A stretch of 64,000 nt of DNA, taken from Squalus acanthias. Taxonomy: Eukaryota. The DNA lies in the NCBI GenBank assembly GCA_030390025.1, contig CM059431.1:119910001-119974000 (forward strand), written 5' to 3'. The notes below the pieces were generated by a model. The model searched no databases. It saw only the letters and a program-made list of their open reading frames with translations, and was not told the DNA's origin. A program made the position numbers and the translations under genes. This document shows, one piece after another, positions 13,689-27,693 of the stretch (position 1 is the first letter of the stretch; the number at the start of each line of letters is the position of its first letter).

Positions 13689-14453
13689 GGGCCAGAAATT
13701 CGGCTCCCTGGCATCCCGCGGCTGCAAGGATCGCGCGCGCACCTACCTACCGCGCCTGCCGTTGACCTCTGGGCCCACGGGGACTTCAGCTCCTGGGCCT
13801 CCTGCAGCTGCCGGCGCGCAGTGCTTGTGTATCCCAGGGGCATAGTTAGTGCGATGCGTCCCCTGGGATCACGTGGGCCATGGAGAGCCAATGGCAGCAG
13901 ACCATCTTTCATTCATAGATTTGACAGGAAGACCTGTCAAATCTATGAATACAGATCGGCCCCAAAACGTCCCTAAAACTACAAATAATTTTTATTTTAA
14001 ATGACATTTTTGAAATAACTATAAATTACATTAATTAACTATTTTAAAACAAAAATTAAAATTTTTGAAAAAATTATTTACATTTTTTAATGGGGCTAAA
14101 ACTAAACTTACCTTTCTTTAAAGTAATTAAAAAAGATAAATCTGTGAAAAAAATGTTTCAATTTTAATAAATTCAACACTTACCTTGTTAAAAGAAGGCC
14201 TTGCGCTTCTTTTTTAAAAATGTATCTTCTCCGTGCTTACCTTCACGGAGGAACCTGTAAAAAAAAACAAAGTGCGAGGCGAACGCGCTGGCCCTCCGTC
14301 GTGTGCGTTCGACCTCTGAACCCCTTTCCTCAGGGGAACGGAAGTGCCGGTTTCCCGCGCATGCGCAGTGCATGCAAGAAACCGGCACTTACGTTCCGTC
14401 CACGGGTGAGTACACAGTGCGTACTCACCCGACAACAGCCGAATTTCTGCCCC
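13689..14453. mobile_element. Harbinger-type MITE (765 bp)
   Basis: TIRs GGGCCAGAAATTCGG / CCGAATTTCTGCCCC (14/15 match); 3-bp TSD AAT at 13686-13688 and 14454-14456. Confidence 0.85.
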
Positions 14454-14999
14454 AATATAACTTAACCTCCACTATGCTGATAGCACTCAATGGGGGAATA
14501 ATGGAGAGGCCGACCCCGTTCTGGACAGCAATGGTAAGGTGATCACCTTTTTCTCCTCTCTCCTTCCACTTGTCCCTCACAACACCAGTCTTTGACACTT
14601 TCAATCCAACTTACTAAATCGCTGCACTCATTCCTCCCTTACTGCCCCCCTGTCCTCACGCTAAAGCCACTCTTGTACCTCCCTGCTTTCAGATGGTGAT
14701 TCACCAGCTGAGGAGACGGGCCCTCAAGCTGCCAGTGGGAGTGAAGCTGCAGGCGAGGAGGAAGATGAAGGTGGAGCATCAGCGCCACCCTCTCCCGAGG
14801 AAGCCCATGCCCACACTGGGAACAAGCCTTCCCTGGAGGGAGCAGGGGGGAAGGGTCTGATGAGGGTGAAGCTCCAGGACCCAGCGGGCTGCAGCAACGC
14901 CATGGGGGTAGGGAAGCTCGGGGGCCTTCTCTCCGGAGGGAGAGTAGGCCAGCTAGTCCTGCTGCACTGGACGCAGAGGAGGAGTGGCTCATCGCTGAA

Positions 15000-15668
15000 A
15001 TGAACACCCAGGTGGTGGACATGTACACTCAGCTCATGGGTGCAGTGGGAAGGGTGCCCGAATGCATTGATGCACTGGCAAGGAGTGTGGAGCACTTCGC
15101 TGTAGCACAGGCGGATGCCATGCTAAAGCTTAGTGCTGCAATTCAGTCACTGACTGACATGACCCCATCTCAGACTGCTCTCATGCAGACTCAGATTGAG
15201 GTCACGCAAGCACTGACTGCTGCCATTGTCGCTGGTTTGGACACATTTCCCCAGGGCTCTCACCACGCTGCAGCAGGCCAGCAATCTGTGCTCCAGCAGA
15301 TTGCTCCGGATGCTGAAGTGCTGCCCCGTGGGAGTGCCAGTGTGTCGGTCGAGCAGGGAGTTGCTGTCCTCTCTCAAGATGACAGCATTCCTGCTGCCAC
15401 CACTGTCACTTCTCCATTGCACTTGCCACTGTCTGTAGGCCAGACTGCTGTCGCCCATGCAGAGTTGGTGCAGTCTGCAGCCGGGCCCTCCAGGTCCAGA
15501 GCTGGTCAATCCCGTCCTTCAAGGGCATCTGCAGTCTCAGGTTCTGACAATCAGCAGCCTCCCACCGGCCTTGCTGCAGCCATTGGGGCCCCATTACGGA
15601 GGAGCAGTAGGGTGGGAAGGGAGGAAGTGCGCAAGGGAAGGAGATCACCCTCGAAGGGCAAAAAGTAG
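15000..15668 (+). pseudogene. C-terminal part of the Harbinger Myb/SANT partner protein
   Basis: 222-aa ORF homologous to 35380-35879 (QQSVLQQI..AE.LPRGS.S.SVE...LSQDDSIP); convergent with the transposase. Confidence 0.65.
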
Positions 15669-15979
15669 GAGGTGTGACAAAATGTTGGTCAATTTTTTAT
15701 TGAAGGCCGAGGTTCGTGGTCAAACTTTTGTTTAGTGTTTTGGACATTATCTCCAGGTTGTGAGAACCAGTTATGTTAATGACTGTTTTTTTGTGTTTCT
15801 TTCTATTAGTTTGTCATGAAGAAATGACACACACAGAGTTTGTAAAATAAATAATTTTTTGTATTCAAAATGTACATGTTTGGTCTTTGGAATCATTGTT
15901 GCCTTGGCCGGCTTTGGGGTTGCGGGTTGGTTTCATTCATGTTGTTCTCAATGGCAGAAGCCATTTCCTCAGCAGGGGC

Positions 15980-17044
15980 CTAGAAGCGGCTTGCTATCAG
16001 CCATTGATGGACGGCCCTTCCGATTTCAAGATTGTGGGCCTCCCTCCCGCCCTGGTGCTGCTGCTGATCATCCTCCTCCTCTTCCTCCTCCTCTTCCTCC
16101 TCCTCCTCCAGTGGTGCTCCAAGGCCTGGTGGCATTGGCTGGGTCCTGAGGATTGCCAGGTTATGCAGCATGCAGCACACAACTATGAAGAGGGAGACTC
16201 ATTCAGGCGAGTACTGCAGGGCTCCTCCTGAGTGGTCCAGACAGCGGAACCGTTGCTTGAGCACGCCGATTGTGTGCTCAACGACGTTCCTGGTGGTGAG
16301 ATGGCTCTCGTTGTACCGCAGCTCAGCAGGGGTGTTGGGGGAACGGAGCGGTGTCATCAGCCAGGTGCACAGTGGATAATCCTTGTCCCTGAGAAGCCAA
16401 CCACTTGGGTGATGCGGTGCCTGGAAAAGGTCTGCCACAGTAGTCTGACGTAGGATGAATGCATCGTGGCTGCTGCCAGGATAGCGGGCATTGACAGTGA
16501 GTATCAGCTGTCTGTGGTCACAGACCAACTGGACGTTTAGGGAGTGGAATCCCTTTCGGTTGCGGAAATCCTCTGCATTCTCATGCGGTGCATGCAATGC
16601 CACATGCGTGCAGTCAATGGCACCCTGCACCATGGGGAAGCCCGCTATCCTCGCAAAGCCCAATGCGCGTTCATGCTGTTTGGCCCAGGTCATCCTTTTC
16701 TAGAGGGCATTTGTGACCTGACGGATGCAGTGATGGACAGCGACCTGGGAGATATTGGCGATGTCCCCAGTAGCTGCTTGAAAGGAGCCGGTGGCATAAA
16801 AGTTCAGAGCCACTGTGATCTTCACTGCCACCGACAGAGACGTCCTGGACCTCAGTAGAGGCTGCAGATCTGGCTGCAGCAGATAGCAGAGCTCAGTGAC
16901 CACCTCCTTGCTGAAGCGCAGCCTTCTCAAACACTGCTCCTCAGACATATTAATGTAGGAGAATTGTTGGCGAAATACCCTGGGAGGGTAAGGTCTCCTG
17001 TACAGAGGCCTGTTGGCCCTCCTCCGTCTGGCCATGATTGCCAC
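15980..17044 (-). pseudogene. Harbinger (HARBI1-like, DDE_Tnp_4) transposase, disrupted
   Basis: ALNFYATGSFQ, GFPMVQGAIDCTHV, NRKGFHSLNVQLVCD, YPGSSHDAFI, VEHTIGVLKQRFRCLD and CCMLHNLA split over three ORFs. Confidence 0.9.
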
Positions 17045-18523
17045 TCTCTCTCTGCGTCTCTGTGGCCTCTGAATCTGCCGGCGCAGGACAACGCCCCAAA
17101 TCAGTGCAGCCCCCTAAGTCTCTTGGCAATCAAAGTAATGAAGGTCAAAAACAAAAGTACCTGCAAAGTGATGCTCAGTAGCCAAAACTACTTCACACAG
17201 CGTTGACTCTATGTAGAAGTCTCTCCTTCTCTCTCTCAGAATCTCTCTCTCTTGTCAGAACGAGTGGTGCAAAAATGTCTACCACAGAAAAAGCCAGGAA
17301 GAGGCTGCGTTTAAATAGCGCCCCCCCAGCCCCACAGCGACTGGGAAACGTTCCAGTCTACCTGTCGCTGCTTGTGCCAGGCGGAAAGGAGGGGAGCGCC
17401 ACTCAATATCCACTCCGGGGTGCCACAAGGGCGTTGCACGCTCGAATGATGTCAAGATCTGCGTGCGCAGGAGATCGGGGCGGTATTGTTTAGCGCCACC
17501 GCAAAATGTCTGGTCAATTTTGCGAGCGGCGCAAATATCGCCGCGCCCGGGTGCTAGTTGCTTTGCGCCCCATTAGCGCCCTCTTAAGGCGCTAACGGAA
17601 GGCGCAAACCAACTGAATTTTTCCCCCAATGTGCCTTCATTTGATGCTATTCTACTAAGTAGAATGATACAGCCTGGACAAATTGTTCTTTGGGAAACAA
17701 AGGGCTGAATTTTGCCGGCGCTCATAGGGCGGGTTTGGAGGCAGGTCTGCTGTCAAAATTGAAAGGATTGACAGCCGGCCGTTATCCCGCTCTGAACCCG
17801 CCTCCTTGTCAGTTTCCCAAGTGCCGATTCTGCCTGCGCTTTGCAGACACGGCACTAAGCGGCGGGACATTCAATTGTGCTTGTTAGGAGGGCGTTTAAA
17901 GTAATTAAATCTCCATTTTCCCAGTTCCAAAGCATTTTGCTAAGTTTTCCACGAGGTTCCCATCACTCGGGGATCTCGCCAGGTAAGTATGTCGGGTTCT
18001 GAACAACTCTACATTTCTTTCAATTGGTGACAGCTGCAAAAGCGGCTTCAAACCTACCATTTTACAGCTGGTCAGTTTCCAATCTCAGAAGCTTCAGCCT
18101 TCAGTAAATAGAACCCACTTTTGAGCTTTATTCACTTTTGAAGTGCTTGGAGTAATCTCTCTATCCACTGTCACCTCCTTGAAACAACCTATATCAATTA
18201 CTTCTGTCATCTCAACCTCACCTGCCATCTATTCTATCTGCATTGGTGCCCTTCAAAAAATCTCACCTTGGTCCTCAGAATCCCAAAACGATCAGCCCCA
18301 ACACCAACATCATGGGATACACCAGCAGCACCAACATCCACACCAACCTTTTCCACAATCAACTGAAGCTGCACTGGACACAGGGCATCATCACATAGAA
18401 ACATAGGACCATAGAAGATAGGAGCAGGAGTAGGCCATTCGGCCCCTCGAGCCTGCTCTGCCATTCGATGAGATCATGGCTGATCATCGAAACTCAGTAC
18501 CCTGTACCTGCCTTCTCCCCATA

Positions 18524-21310
18524 TCACTTGATACCTTTAGCTTTAAGAAATATATCTAACTCATTCTTGAATATATTTAATGACTTGGCCTCAACTACCT
18601 TCTGTGGTAGAGAATTCCACAGGTTCACCACTCTCTGGGTGAAGAAATTCTTCCTAATTTCTGTCCGAAATGGCTTACCCCTTATCCTTAGATTATGACT
18701 CCTGGTTCTGGACTCTCCGACCATCAGGAACATTCTTCCTGCATCTAGTTTGTCCAGACCTGTCAGAATTTTATATGTTTCGATGAGATACCCTCTCATT
18801 CTTCTATACTCCAACGAGTATAAGCCCAATCGACCCAATCTCTCCTCGTATGTCATTCCTGCCATCCCAGGTATCAGCCTTGTGAATCTTCGCTGAACTC
18901 CTTCCATGGCAAGAACATCCTTCCTCAGATAAGGTGACCAAAACTGCACACAGTACTCAAGGTGTGGTCTCACCAAGGCCCTGTACAACTGCAGCAGGAC
19001 ATCCCTGTTCCTATACTCAAACCCTTTCGCTATGAAGGCCAACATACCATTTGCCTTCTTCACCGCCTGCTGCACCTGCATGCTTACCTTCAGCGACTGG
19101 TGCACAAGGACACCCAGGTCTCGTTGCACTTCCCCTTCTCCCAATCTATTGCCATTCAGATAATAGTCTGCCTTTCTGTTTTTGACACCAAAGTGGATAA
19201 CCTCGTATTTATCCACGTTATATTGCATCTGTCATGCTTCTGCCCACTCACCCAACCTGTCCAAATCATCCTGGAGTTTCTCGGTATCCTCCTCGCAGCA
19301 CACACGCCCACCCAGCTTTGTGTCATCTGCAAACTTGGAGATATTACGTTTAGTTCCCTTATCTAGATCATTAATGTATATTGTGAATAGCTGGGGTCCA
19401 AGGACCGATCCCAGCGGTACCCCGCTAGTCACTGCCTGCCACTCGGAAAAAGACCCATTAATTCCTACTCTCTGCTTTCTGTCCGCCAACCAGTTCTCTA
19501 TCCACGTCAATACCTTGCCCCCAATCCCATGTGCCTCAACTTTACACGCTAATCTCTTATGCGAGACAATATCGAAAGCCTTTTGAAAGTCCAAATACAC
19601 CACATCTACTGGTTCTCCCATATCTATTTTCCCAGTTACATCCTCAAAAAATTCCAGTAGATTAGTCAAGCACGATTTACCTTTTGTAAATCCATATTGA
19701 CTTTGTCCGATGCTGTCACTGTTTTTCAAGTGCTCAGCTATTACATCCTTTATAATGGACTCTAGCATTTTCCCCACTACCGATGTCAGGCTTACTGGTC
19801 TGTAATTCCCCGCTTTCTCTCTACCACCCTTTTTGAATAGTGGGGTAACATTAGCTACCCTCCAATCCATGGGTACAGTTCCAGATTCCATCGAATGTTG
19901 GAAGATGATCAGCAATGCATCTATTATTTCTAGGGCCACGTCCTTAAGTACCCTAGGATGTAGATTATCAGGCCCTGGGGATTTATCGGCCTTCAATCCC
20001 GTCAATTTCCCTAACACCATTTCCCTGCAAATACTGATTTCTTTCAGTTCCTCCCTTTCATCAGACCTTATGTTCTCCAACATCTCTGGGAAGTTATTTG
20101 TGTCCTCCTTTGTGAAGACAGAACCAAAATATGCATTTAATTGGTCTGCCATTTCTTTGTTCCCCATTATAACTTCCTCCGCTTCTGACTGCAAGGGACC
20201 TAAACTTGATTTCACTATTTTTTTTCTCTTCACATATCTATAAAAGCTCTTACAGTCAGTTTTTATGTTCCTGCAAGCTTACTTTCATATTCTATTTTCC
20301 CCGTCTTAATTAATCCCTTTGTCCTCCTTTGTTGAATCCTAAACTGCTCCCAATCCTCAGGGTTACCGCTTTTTTTGGTCAATTTATATGCCCTCTCCTT
20401 GGATCTTATGCTATCCCTAATTTCCCTTGTTAGCCACGGTTGAGTCACCCTTTTTGTTTTATTCCTATGCCACACTGGGATGAACAAATTCTGTAGTTCA
20501 TCCATGCAGTCTTTGAATGTTTGCCATTGCCTATCCACCGTCAACCCTTTGAGTGACATTCCCCAATCGATCCTACCCAATTCGCACCTCATACCATCGT
20601 AGTTTCCTTTATTTAAATTCAGGACCCCAGTCTCTGATTCAACTACTTCACTCTCCATCCTAATGAAGAATTCTATCATATTATGATCACTCTGACCCAA
20701 GGGGCCTCGTACAACAAGTTTGCTAATTAATCCTTTCTCGTTACATAATACCCAGTCTAAGATGGCCTGATCTCTGATTGGTTCCTCGACATATTGTTCC
20801 AGAAAACCATCCCGTAAACATTCTAGGAATTCCTCCTCCACAGTATTTTTACTAATTTGGTTAGCCCAATCTGTATGTAAATTAAAGTCACCCATGATGA
20901 CTGCTGTGCCCTTACTGCATGCTTCTCTAATTTCCCTTTTAATGCCATCCCCAACCTCCGTATTACTGTTTGTGGTCTATATACCACTCCCACTAACGTT
21001 TTCTGCCCCTTGTTATTTCTCAGTTCTACCCCTACAGATTCCGCATCATCAGAGCTAATATCCTTCTTTTCAATTGTGTTAATCCCCTCTTTAATCAGCA
21101 ATGCTACCCCACCTCCCTTTCTTTTTTGCCTATCTTTCCTAAATATTGAATACCCCATGATGTTGAGTTCCCAGCCTTGGCCACCCTAGAGCCATGTCTC
21201 TGTAATCCCAATCAAATCGTATTCATTTACCTCTATTTGCGCAGTTAATTCATCTACCTTGTTCCGAATGCTCCTTGCATTAAGACACAAAGCCTTCAGG
21301 CTTGTTTTTT
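18524..21310 (-). pseudogene. CR1 ORF2: APE endonuclease plus reverse transcriptase
   Basis: [50 protein letters not shown]; several stops and frameshifts. Confidence 0.95.
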
Positions 21311-21475
21311 TAATGCTCTCAGACCTATATGAATTATTATTTACTGTGACCATGTTTGATTTAAACCGTTGAGTTCTTTGCCTTCTACTTTTGTTTTTCT
21401 CCTTCCTGTCTTTTGCTTTTATCCTTGTTTCCCTTTCCTCTGTCTCCCTGCTCAGGTTCCCAACCCCCTGCTACT

Positions 21476-22423
21476 TTAGTTTAAACCTTCCCCAACAGCA
21501 CTAACAAACACTCCCCCTAGGACATCGGTCCCGGCCCTGCCCAGGTGCAGACCGTCCCGTTTGTACTGGTCCCACCTCCCCCAGAACCGGTTCCAATTGT
21601 CAAGGAATTTGAATCCCTCCCCCTTGCACCATTCTCTAGCCACGTATTCATTTGAAATATCCTCTATTTCTACTCTGACATGCACGTGGCACTGGTAGCA
21701 ATCCTGAGATTACTACCTTTGAGGTCCTATTTTTTAATTTACCTCCTAACTCCCTATATTCTGCTTTTAGGACCTCATCCCGTTTTTTACCTATATCATT
21801 GATGCCTATGTGCACCACGACAACTGGCTGTTCGCCCTCCCCCTCCAAAATGTTCTGTAGCCGCTCCGAGACGTCCTTGATCCTTGCACCAGGGAAGCAA
21901 CACACCATCCTGGACTCTCGTTTGCGGCCACAGAAACGCCTATCTATTCCCCTTACAATTGAGTCCCCTAGCACTATAGCTCTTCCACACTTTTTCCTCC
22001 CAGCCTGTGCAGCAGAGCCACCCATGGTGCCAGGAAGTTGGCTGCTGCTGCCTTCCCCTGATAAGTCATCCCCCCAACAGTATCCAAAGTGGGATATCTG
22101 TTTGAGAGGGGGATGGCCACAGGGGACCCTTGCACTACCTGCCTGCACCTCTTACTCTGCCTGGTGGTCACCCATTCACTTCCTGCCTGTACACCCTTTA
22201 CCTGCAGTGTGACCAACTCACTAAACGTGCTATCCACGACGTTCTCAGCGTCGCAAATGCTCCAATATGCATCCATCCGCAGCTCCAGCATCGCAATGCG
22301 GTCTATCAGTAGCTGCAGCTGGATACACTTCCCACACACATGGTCGTCAGGGACACAGGAAGCGTCCCTGATTTCTCACATATAGCAGGAGGAGCATATC
22401 ACGGGGCGGAGCTCTCCTGCCAT
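21476..22423 (-). pseudogene. CR1 ORF1: Cys-rich zinc finger/leucine zipper plus SGNH esterase
   Basis: CxxC...CGKC motif; esterase blocks IVLGDSIVR, VVVHIGINDI and DGLHL; frameshifted. Confidence 0.85.
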
Positions 22424-25092
22424 GACTTACCCTTTAATTAATTAATTTAAATTAAATTAAATGAATCCCACCAATTTCACTTCAATTAAATGATATATTC
22501 AAGGGCCCTTTCCCGACACTGGCCTCTGTAAAAAGCCCACAAAAGTGAGTTTAAATACTCACTGTGCTGCTGCTCTCTCCGCTCCCGACACTGGCCTCTG
22601 TAAAAAAGCCCGCGAAAGTTAGTTTAACTACCCATGCACATCGCTGCCCGGGATGCCAGTGATTCACTCACCATGTCCAGATTAGCTTCACTTAACACTG
22701 TACACCCTGGCTGCCACATGATGTACCAGGTTGGCACCACCCCACACCAGGTCCACAAAGCATCCCTACAATGCTCAAGCCATTCCTTTCACACTCATCA
22801 CCATTGGGGGGGCGGGGGGACATTATGTTTCACCATTCACTGCAACTCACTAAATCTGTCCAAGAATGCAAAGTGTTGAAAATAAAGATTTCAATGTTTG
22901 ACAGCACATTACCAGAAACTTCACATGAACATTGGCTAAAACACCCAAGTGCCTTCCCTTGTGTGTTGTTAGTTGGTATGTTTGCAGTAGGATGAGGGTG
23001 AGTGTGAGGGGCGGCTAGTGAGATGGGGAAGTGATAATGTAGATAGAGAGGGATGGGTGGAGGTGCAAGGTAAGTTGGTGTGAGTAAGGATGTGCAGGAA
23101 TAGGGTAGGGAAGGCAGAGTGATGGGGTTGTGATGAGTGGCACAGCAGGATGAGGTTGAGTGTAGAATGGCAGTAACAATTCATGATCTACTGAGATCAT
23201 TGAAATGTTTGCTCCACTGCAGCCTGGTCCTCCTGACGACATCCCTGCTTGTGTCCTCCTGTGCAACGTGCAACCAGGCTGCGTTGATCTCCTGGGGAGG
23301 TCTCTTCCGCCCATTGGAAGGGAAGAGGACTTCCCTGCGTGTTGTGACTCCTCCATAAGCAGATGGAGGGAGTAATGGGAGAGCCTGGGTGCAGCCGTGC
23401 ACCTTTGTGCAGTGGTTTTCTGTTTTTGCAGCACCTCAATGCTGCAAAACCCTGACAGCAGAACTGTCAAAATAAATTTGGACATTGCCCCTTTAAGGAA
23501 ACCGGCTGATGACGCGTCATCAAATGATAGCATCAGACCCGCTTCCTATTAATTGGCCGGGAACCTCGCAGGGCGGGCTTAACAAGCCCAATCAGGGCAC
23601 AATCACTTGGAGGAGGCGGGATGAGGACGGGTGCGGAGTTTGTGGTCGCTGTCTGCTCCGGCCGCACCGGACTTGCCACGGCTGGCGAAATCGCGGCCCA
23701 TGATACTGCCCAGACCTCTGAATAATGATCACCTTGAGACATTCAAGATCAAGAGCAGGAACCTAATATAATGAGGGACATGCATCCGATGGGACACTTG
23801 TGGAACATTTTATCAGCAGCCAAGAAAACTAACATGCCAGGCTCTCATTGACAGTACTCCAATCCGGTCCTGAGGAATGTGCATCAGGACTAGTAAAGCA
23901 CCCTTTATCAGACTATCTTCAATACCAAAGACTACTTTACATTGTTCACACTGTTTTAAATGTATAGACAAAACATTTGAAAATCCTCTTTAATACATTA
24001 ATTTGGGTTTTATTGTCGTTCGACTATCTTCTATTTTGCAGAAACTCACATTCAGAACCCAACAACAGGAAATAAATGGTGTATTCCTGGAGGTTCTCAA
24101 ACCCCTAGTTGATGTTTGTCTGTCAGCATGCATATTTATAAAGTGATAAGCAGAAGCACTAAATCACCTCTCGTAATATTGTAATGGAGATTCACTCTTC
24201 ACAGAACACATCTTCAATACACCCTTTGCTTCAAAATCCCTTTCCTTAGCAGGTTCAAGTGATGTGCAAGACATATTTGGTAGCACAAACTAAAACAATT
24301 TATTTAAACTTGTGGAAATCAATTGGTTTCGCACAGTGCGTCAAGTAGCTGTCTTCCCTTTTGCCTCATCATTTTTTCTTTCACATTCTCACCATTTTTT
24401 TATTTATATAAATGCTACAGTTTTCTTGCATGATTGACCTTTCTATTCAAATTTCTCAAAAAATTACTTACAACTTATTTACCTTGCTTACCAGTTGGTC
24501 CTCACTGTCAATTTTAGAGGTGAGAACAACATTAAAACAAAATGGTTTTCACTGGGTACAATCTTAGGCATGAGAAATAAAATCTGAATATTTTTCATCT
24601 AAACTGAGAGTAAATATTGCAAACTAAAGCATTTAGTACTTTATTTTACATAACGGTCACCTCAACTGGTGGTTGATATGTGGGCAAAGAAGGAACCCAA
24701 AAACTCCCATTGTTTTTTTGCACCATTTTGAGAAATCTGGACTCTGGATTCTATCCCATCATCAGCATAACAGTGGAACTGCTGAAAAACAAAGATACTG
24801 GATATTTGAATGGAGTAGCCTGTGAAAGTTTGCTTGGCTAACTGGCTCAAGGCTCTGTGCATCTGTTTTCCGGCAATATGATGACTTTGCAACCAAAATT
24901 TTGTATACTTTTTGTAGAATGGTAGTCATTTGATTCAAACTGCCTTCTATAATTGTGTTTGGAATGAAGCATGCTTAAAAGACATAGTTATCCACCCGAC
25001 TGCAATTGGATGTGGGAGATTGATGCAATTTTCACCTAATTGGTCAATTGAGTTGCAGCATGTGGGAACCCATGAACCAATTAGTCTTTTCA

Positions 25093-25201
25093 GTCTGAAA
25101 GTCACCTCTGATGATGTCATCATTGCTGCTGCATTGAAGGTCTTCAGAGACTGCCTGGCCTTTGCTGTGAGTGGACCTGGATGCAAAATGAGCAGCAGCT
25201 C

Positions 25202-25236
<35 letters not shown>

Positions 25237-25361
25237 GAGAGACAAAGAGAGAAACAGAGAGAGAGAGAGAGAATTTTTTTTCCATCCAGGTCCTCTCACA
25301 GCAAAGGCCAGGCAGTCTCTGAAGACATTCAATGCAGCAGCATCAGAGGCGACTTTCAGAC
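25093..25361. repeat. Foldback: inverted arms of about 85-95 bp around a (GA)n microsatellite
   Basis: TGCTGCTGCATTGAAGGTCTTCAGAGACTGCCTGGCCTTTGCTGTGAG pairs with CTCACAGCAAAGGCCAGGCAGTCTCTGAAGACATTCAATGCAGCAGCA. Confidence 0.9.
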
Positions 25362-27693
25362 CTAATACTACTACTACCTTCATCACATCTCCGTTGTAAT
25401 AGTGGACCTGCAGCTGATAGTCAGCTATCCACTTGTGCTCCCACCAGGTTTCACTGCCGTGTTTCACATCAGGCATGCTTCACATCGGAAAAGGGTTAAA
25501 CTAGCTAAAATGTTTCAAAATGGCATTACAGAGCCAATTTAGGGCTTGTTAAGGGCTTTAATGGCCTCTCCCGGCGGGACGGAGTCGGGAACACCACATA
25601 CGATTTTATCAAAATTGCGTGGAGGTGGAATGGAGGCGGGATCAGGTCCGCCCGGCACTTTTCACAATTTTAACCCCCAACACGCCTCCAAACCTGCCTC
25701 CACGGCCCTATGAAAATCCAGCCCATAATTATGTTTATTGTCAAGATTGCCTCCAGCGTTGCCTATCCTACTGCCTTCCAACACAGCATGTGGCCTGTCT
25801 GTACTGATTGATAGCTTGATTTTCTGTGTCTTAATAAACCACTTTTGATTTATCCAACAGGGCCTGATGTCCAGCTCAAGTTGGTGACAAAATGGGGATC
25901 ATGACATTGCCTGGAGAGATAAAAGTACAGGACTGAAATGACAATTGCTGCCTTTGTGCACATGGATTGGAAGCAGAAATGATTACAATTGATATTTTTT
26001 CTTACTCTTTCTTCAAATAAAGTCAATGCACAGATTTTGAGAAAGTCTTCTTCCTTAATAAATCGTAATAATTTGACAAGCTTCGATACAGTTCAACTAT
26101 AGGCTATTATTTAAAATGTGTATGGAACCAAGAATACAAAGACTAGTCTGCAGTTGGCGGCCAGAGAGAAAGCAAGAAGAAGGAACTAACATAAAGGCCA
26201 GGGTAAAGACCTGAAAAATGTAGGAGAACTACTGGTTAAAAAGATGTTCAATAAATGTGAAAATTGAGGACAAATACTATCCAAATATCTGAAGTGGCAG
26301 ACAAATAACAATCCTATATTCATGTTTTTATAGATATTTCATATAAATTTATAATATATTTCAGTAAGTTTTTTTTCTTCCTTAATTCCCCTCTCTCCAT
26401 ACCACTTACAATCCTGTTCTAAGTGCCTAGCCTTTAGTTAGCCTCTCCCAGAACAATATGTTTCAGGTCAAAACGTTCCTACATTGGGAGTCAAGTTCTA
26501 TTGTACCATGGTGCCTTTATATCCAGAAACAACAATAATCCTTCAAACTGTTGTAAATTAAGGTGATTCTTGAAATAGTGGTAGGGTTAGCCCACTAACC
26601 ATCAGGTGTGTGCTGATAACATACAGCCTGACAACACCAGACAAAATTCAGGGCTGGTGTGCATTGGGTAGATTAAATTGCTAATTTGTCTCCTCTGTTG
26701 CAGGTCTTTCACCCAATATTCCACTGTAGAGGTGGCCATAATTGTTTTTCATGAGGTACAGAAATAATAGTCCAAGGCATTCTTTGAAGTTAACATTTGA
26801 GAATCTGGAAAAATCCTCAGATTTGTTTTCTTAAATCCATGAATTTTTATTTAATTGAAGAGCCAGGTGATCTTTGAAGTATTGTTTCTCTTTAGAACGG
26901 CCAGTGGAAGTGAATGGACCATCCTTGAAGACATGAATTGCATAAATTAAATGTTAACCATTAATGGGCTAAAATTGGATAGCCCCCGAAAACGGGTGCG
27001 GTGATCGCGATGTGTGATTAACCCGTGCCCGTTCCATGTAATGCAGGCAGCATGCAAACTTGGTGCTGCCTGGTAATTATAATGATAGTGGCGTACAGCC
27101 CAGCACTAAACGTGCTGCTGAGTGGCTGCACGCTCAGCAGGGGGCCCATGTTCGTGTGAGGCTCGCACCAATTAAAGCTAGCCTCCACTTCTTCAAACCA
27201 GCTAGAACCTCTTCAATGGAAGGTGCATTCTGGCTGCAGCAGGTGCTGGAAGTCGTTGTAGAGGAGTGTGTGACCTACAGGAAGAGTCAGGATGGCAGAG
27301 AGAAGGCTCCCAGATTTTCGGGTGCAGCACTCGAGGCTCTGGTGCGGGAGCTGGACAGGAGGGGAGATGTCCTGTATCCATAGGGAGCTAGGAGGCCCTC
27401 CAGACAGACGCTGAGAAGGGAATGGGAGCAGATATCGATCGCTTTCAATGCAAGCAGTGTAGCCCTGAGGACCTGGATGCAGTGCTGGAAGAAGTTTAAT
27501 GACTTCACACGAGTGTTCATGGTCAGTGAATTCATCTTCAAATGCCATATCCCACAAACTACACCACTAACCTCACACACTGCTCAATTCACCACACCCC
27601 CATCACTCACCTACCAACAATCTCTATCAATTATGACTCATACCTCACATTCATATGCTCCATCTCACCCGCACACACTTACCACTGCTACAA

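Larger units (their letters stand above)
14457..17627. mobile_element. PIF/Harbinger transposon, left end missing
   Basis: Convergent partner ORF (+) and transposase (-); right TIR CTGAATTTTTCCCCC, like the end at 38255. Confidence 0.85.
18394..22630 (-). mobile_element. Near full-length CR1 LINE (about 4.2 kb)
   Basis: ORF1 plus ORF2, (TTCTATGT)-type 3' tail at about 18394-18415, and a tandem ~73-bp duplication in the 5' UTR (22511-22630). Confidence 0.95.
17702..23699. mobile_element. Degenerate Harbinger element (same family as 1004-2805) interrupted by a CR1
   Basis: Ends GGGCTGAATTTTGCC and GGCGAAATCGCGGCCC; Myb-like remnant at about 23180-23420 (-); host sequence resumes in register at 22631. 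Confidence 0.75.

Noticed and set aside
15980..17044. Domesticated HARBI1/NAIF1 host genes
   Set aside because: Stops, frameshifts, a TIR and multiple decayed paralogues in the window indicate transposon copies.
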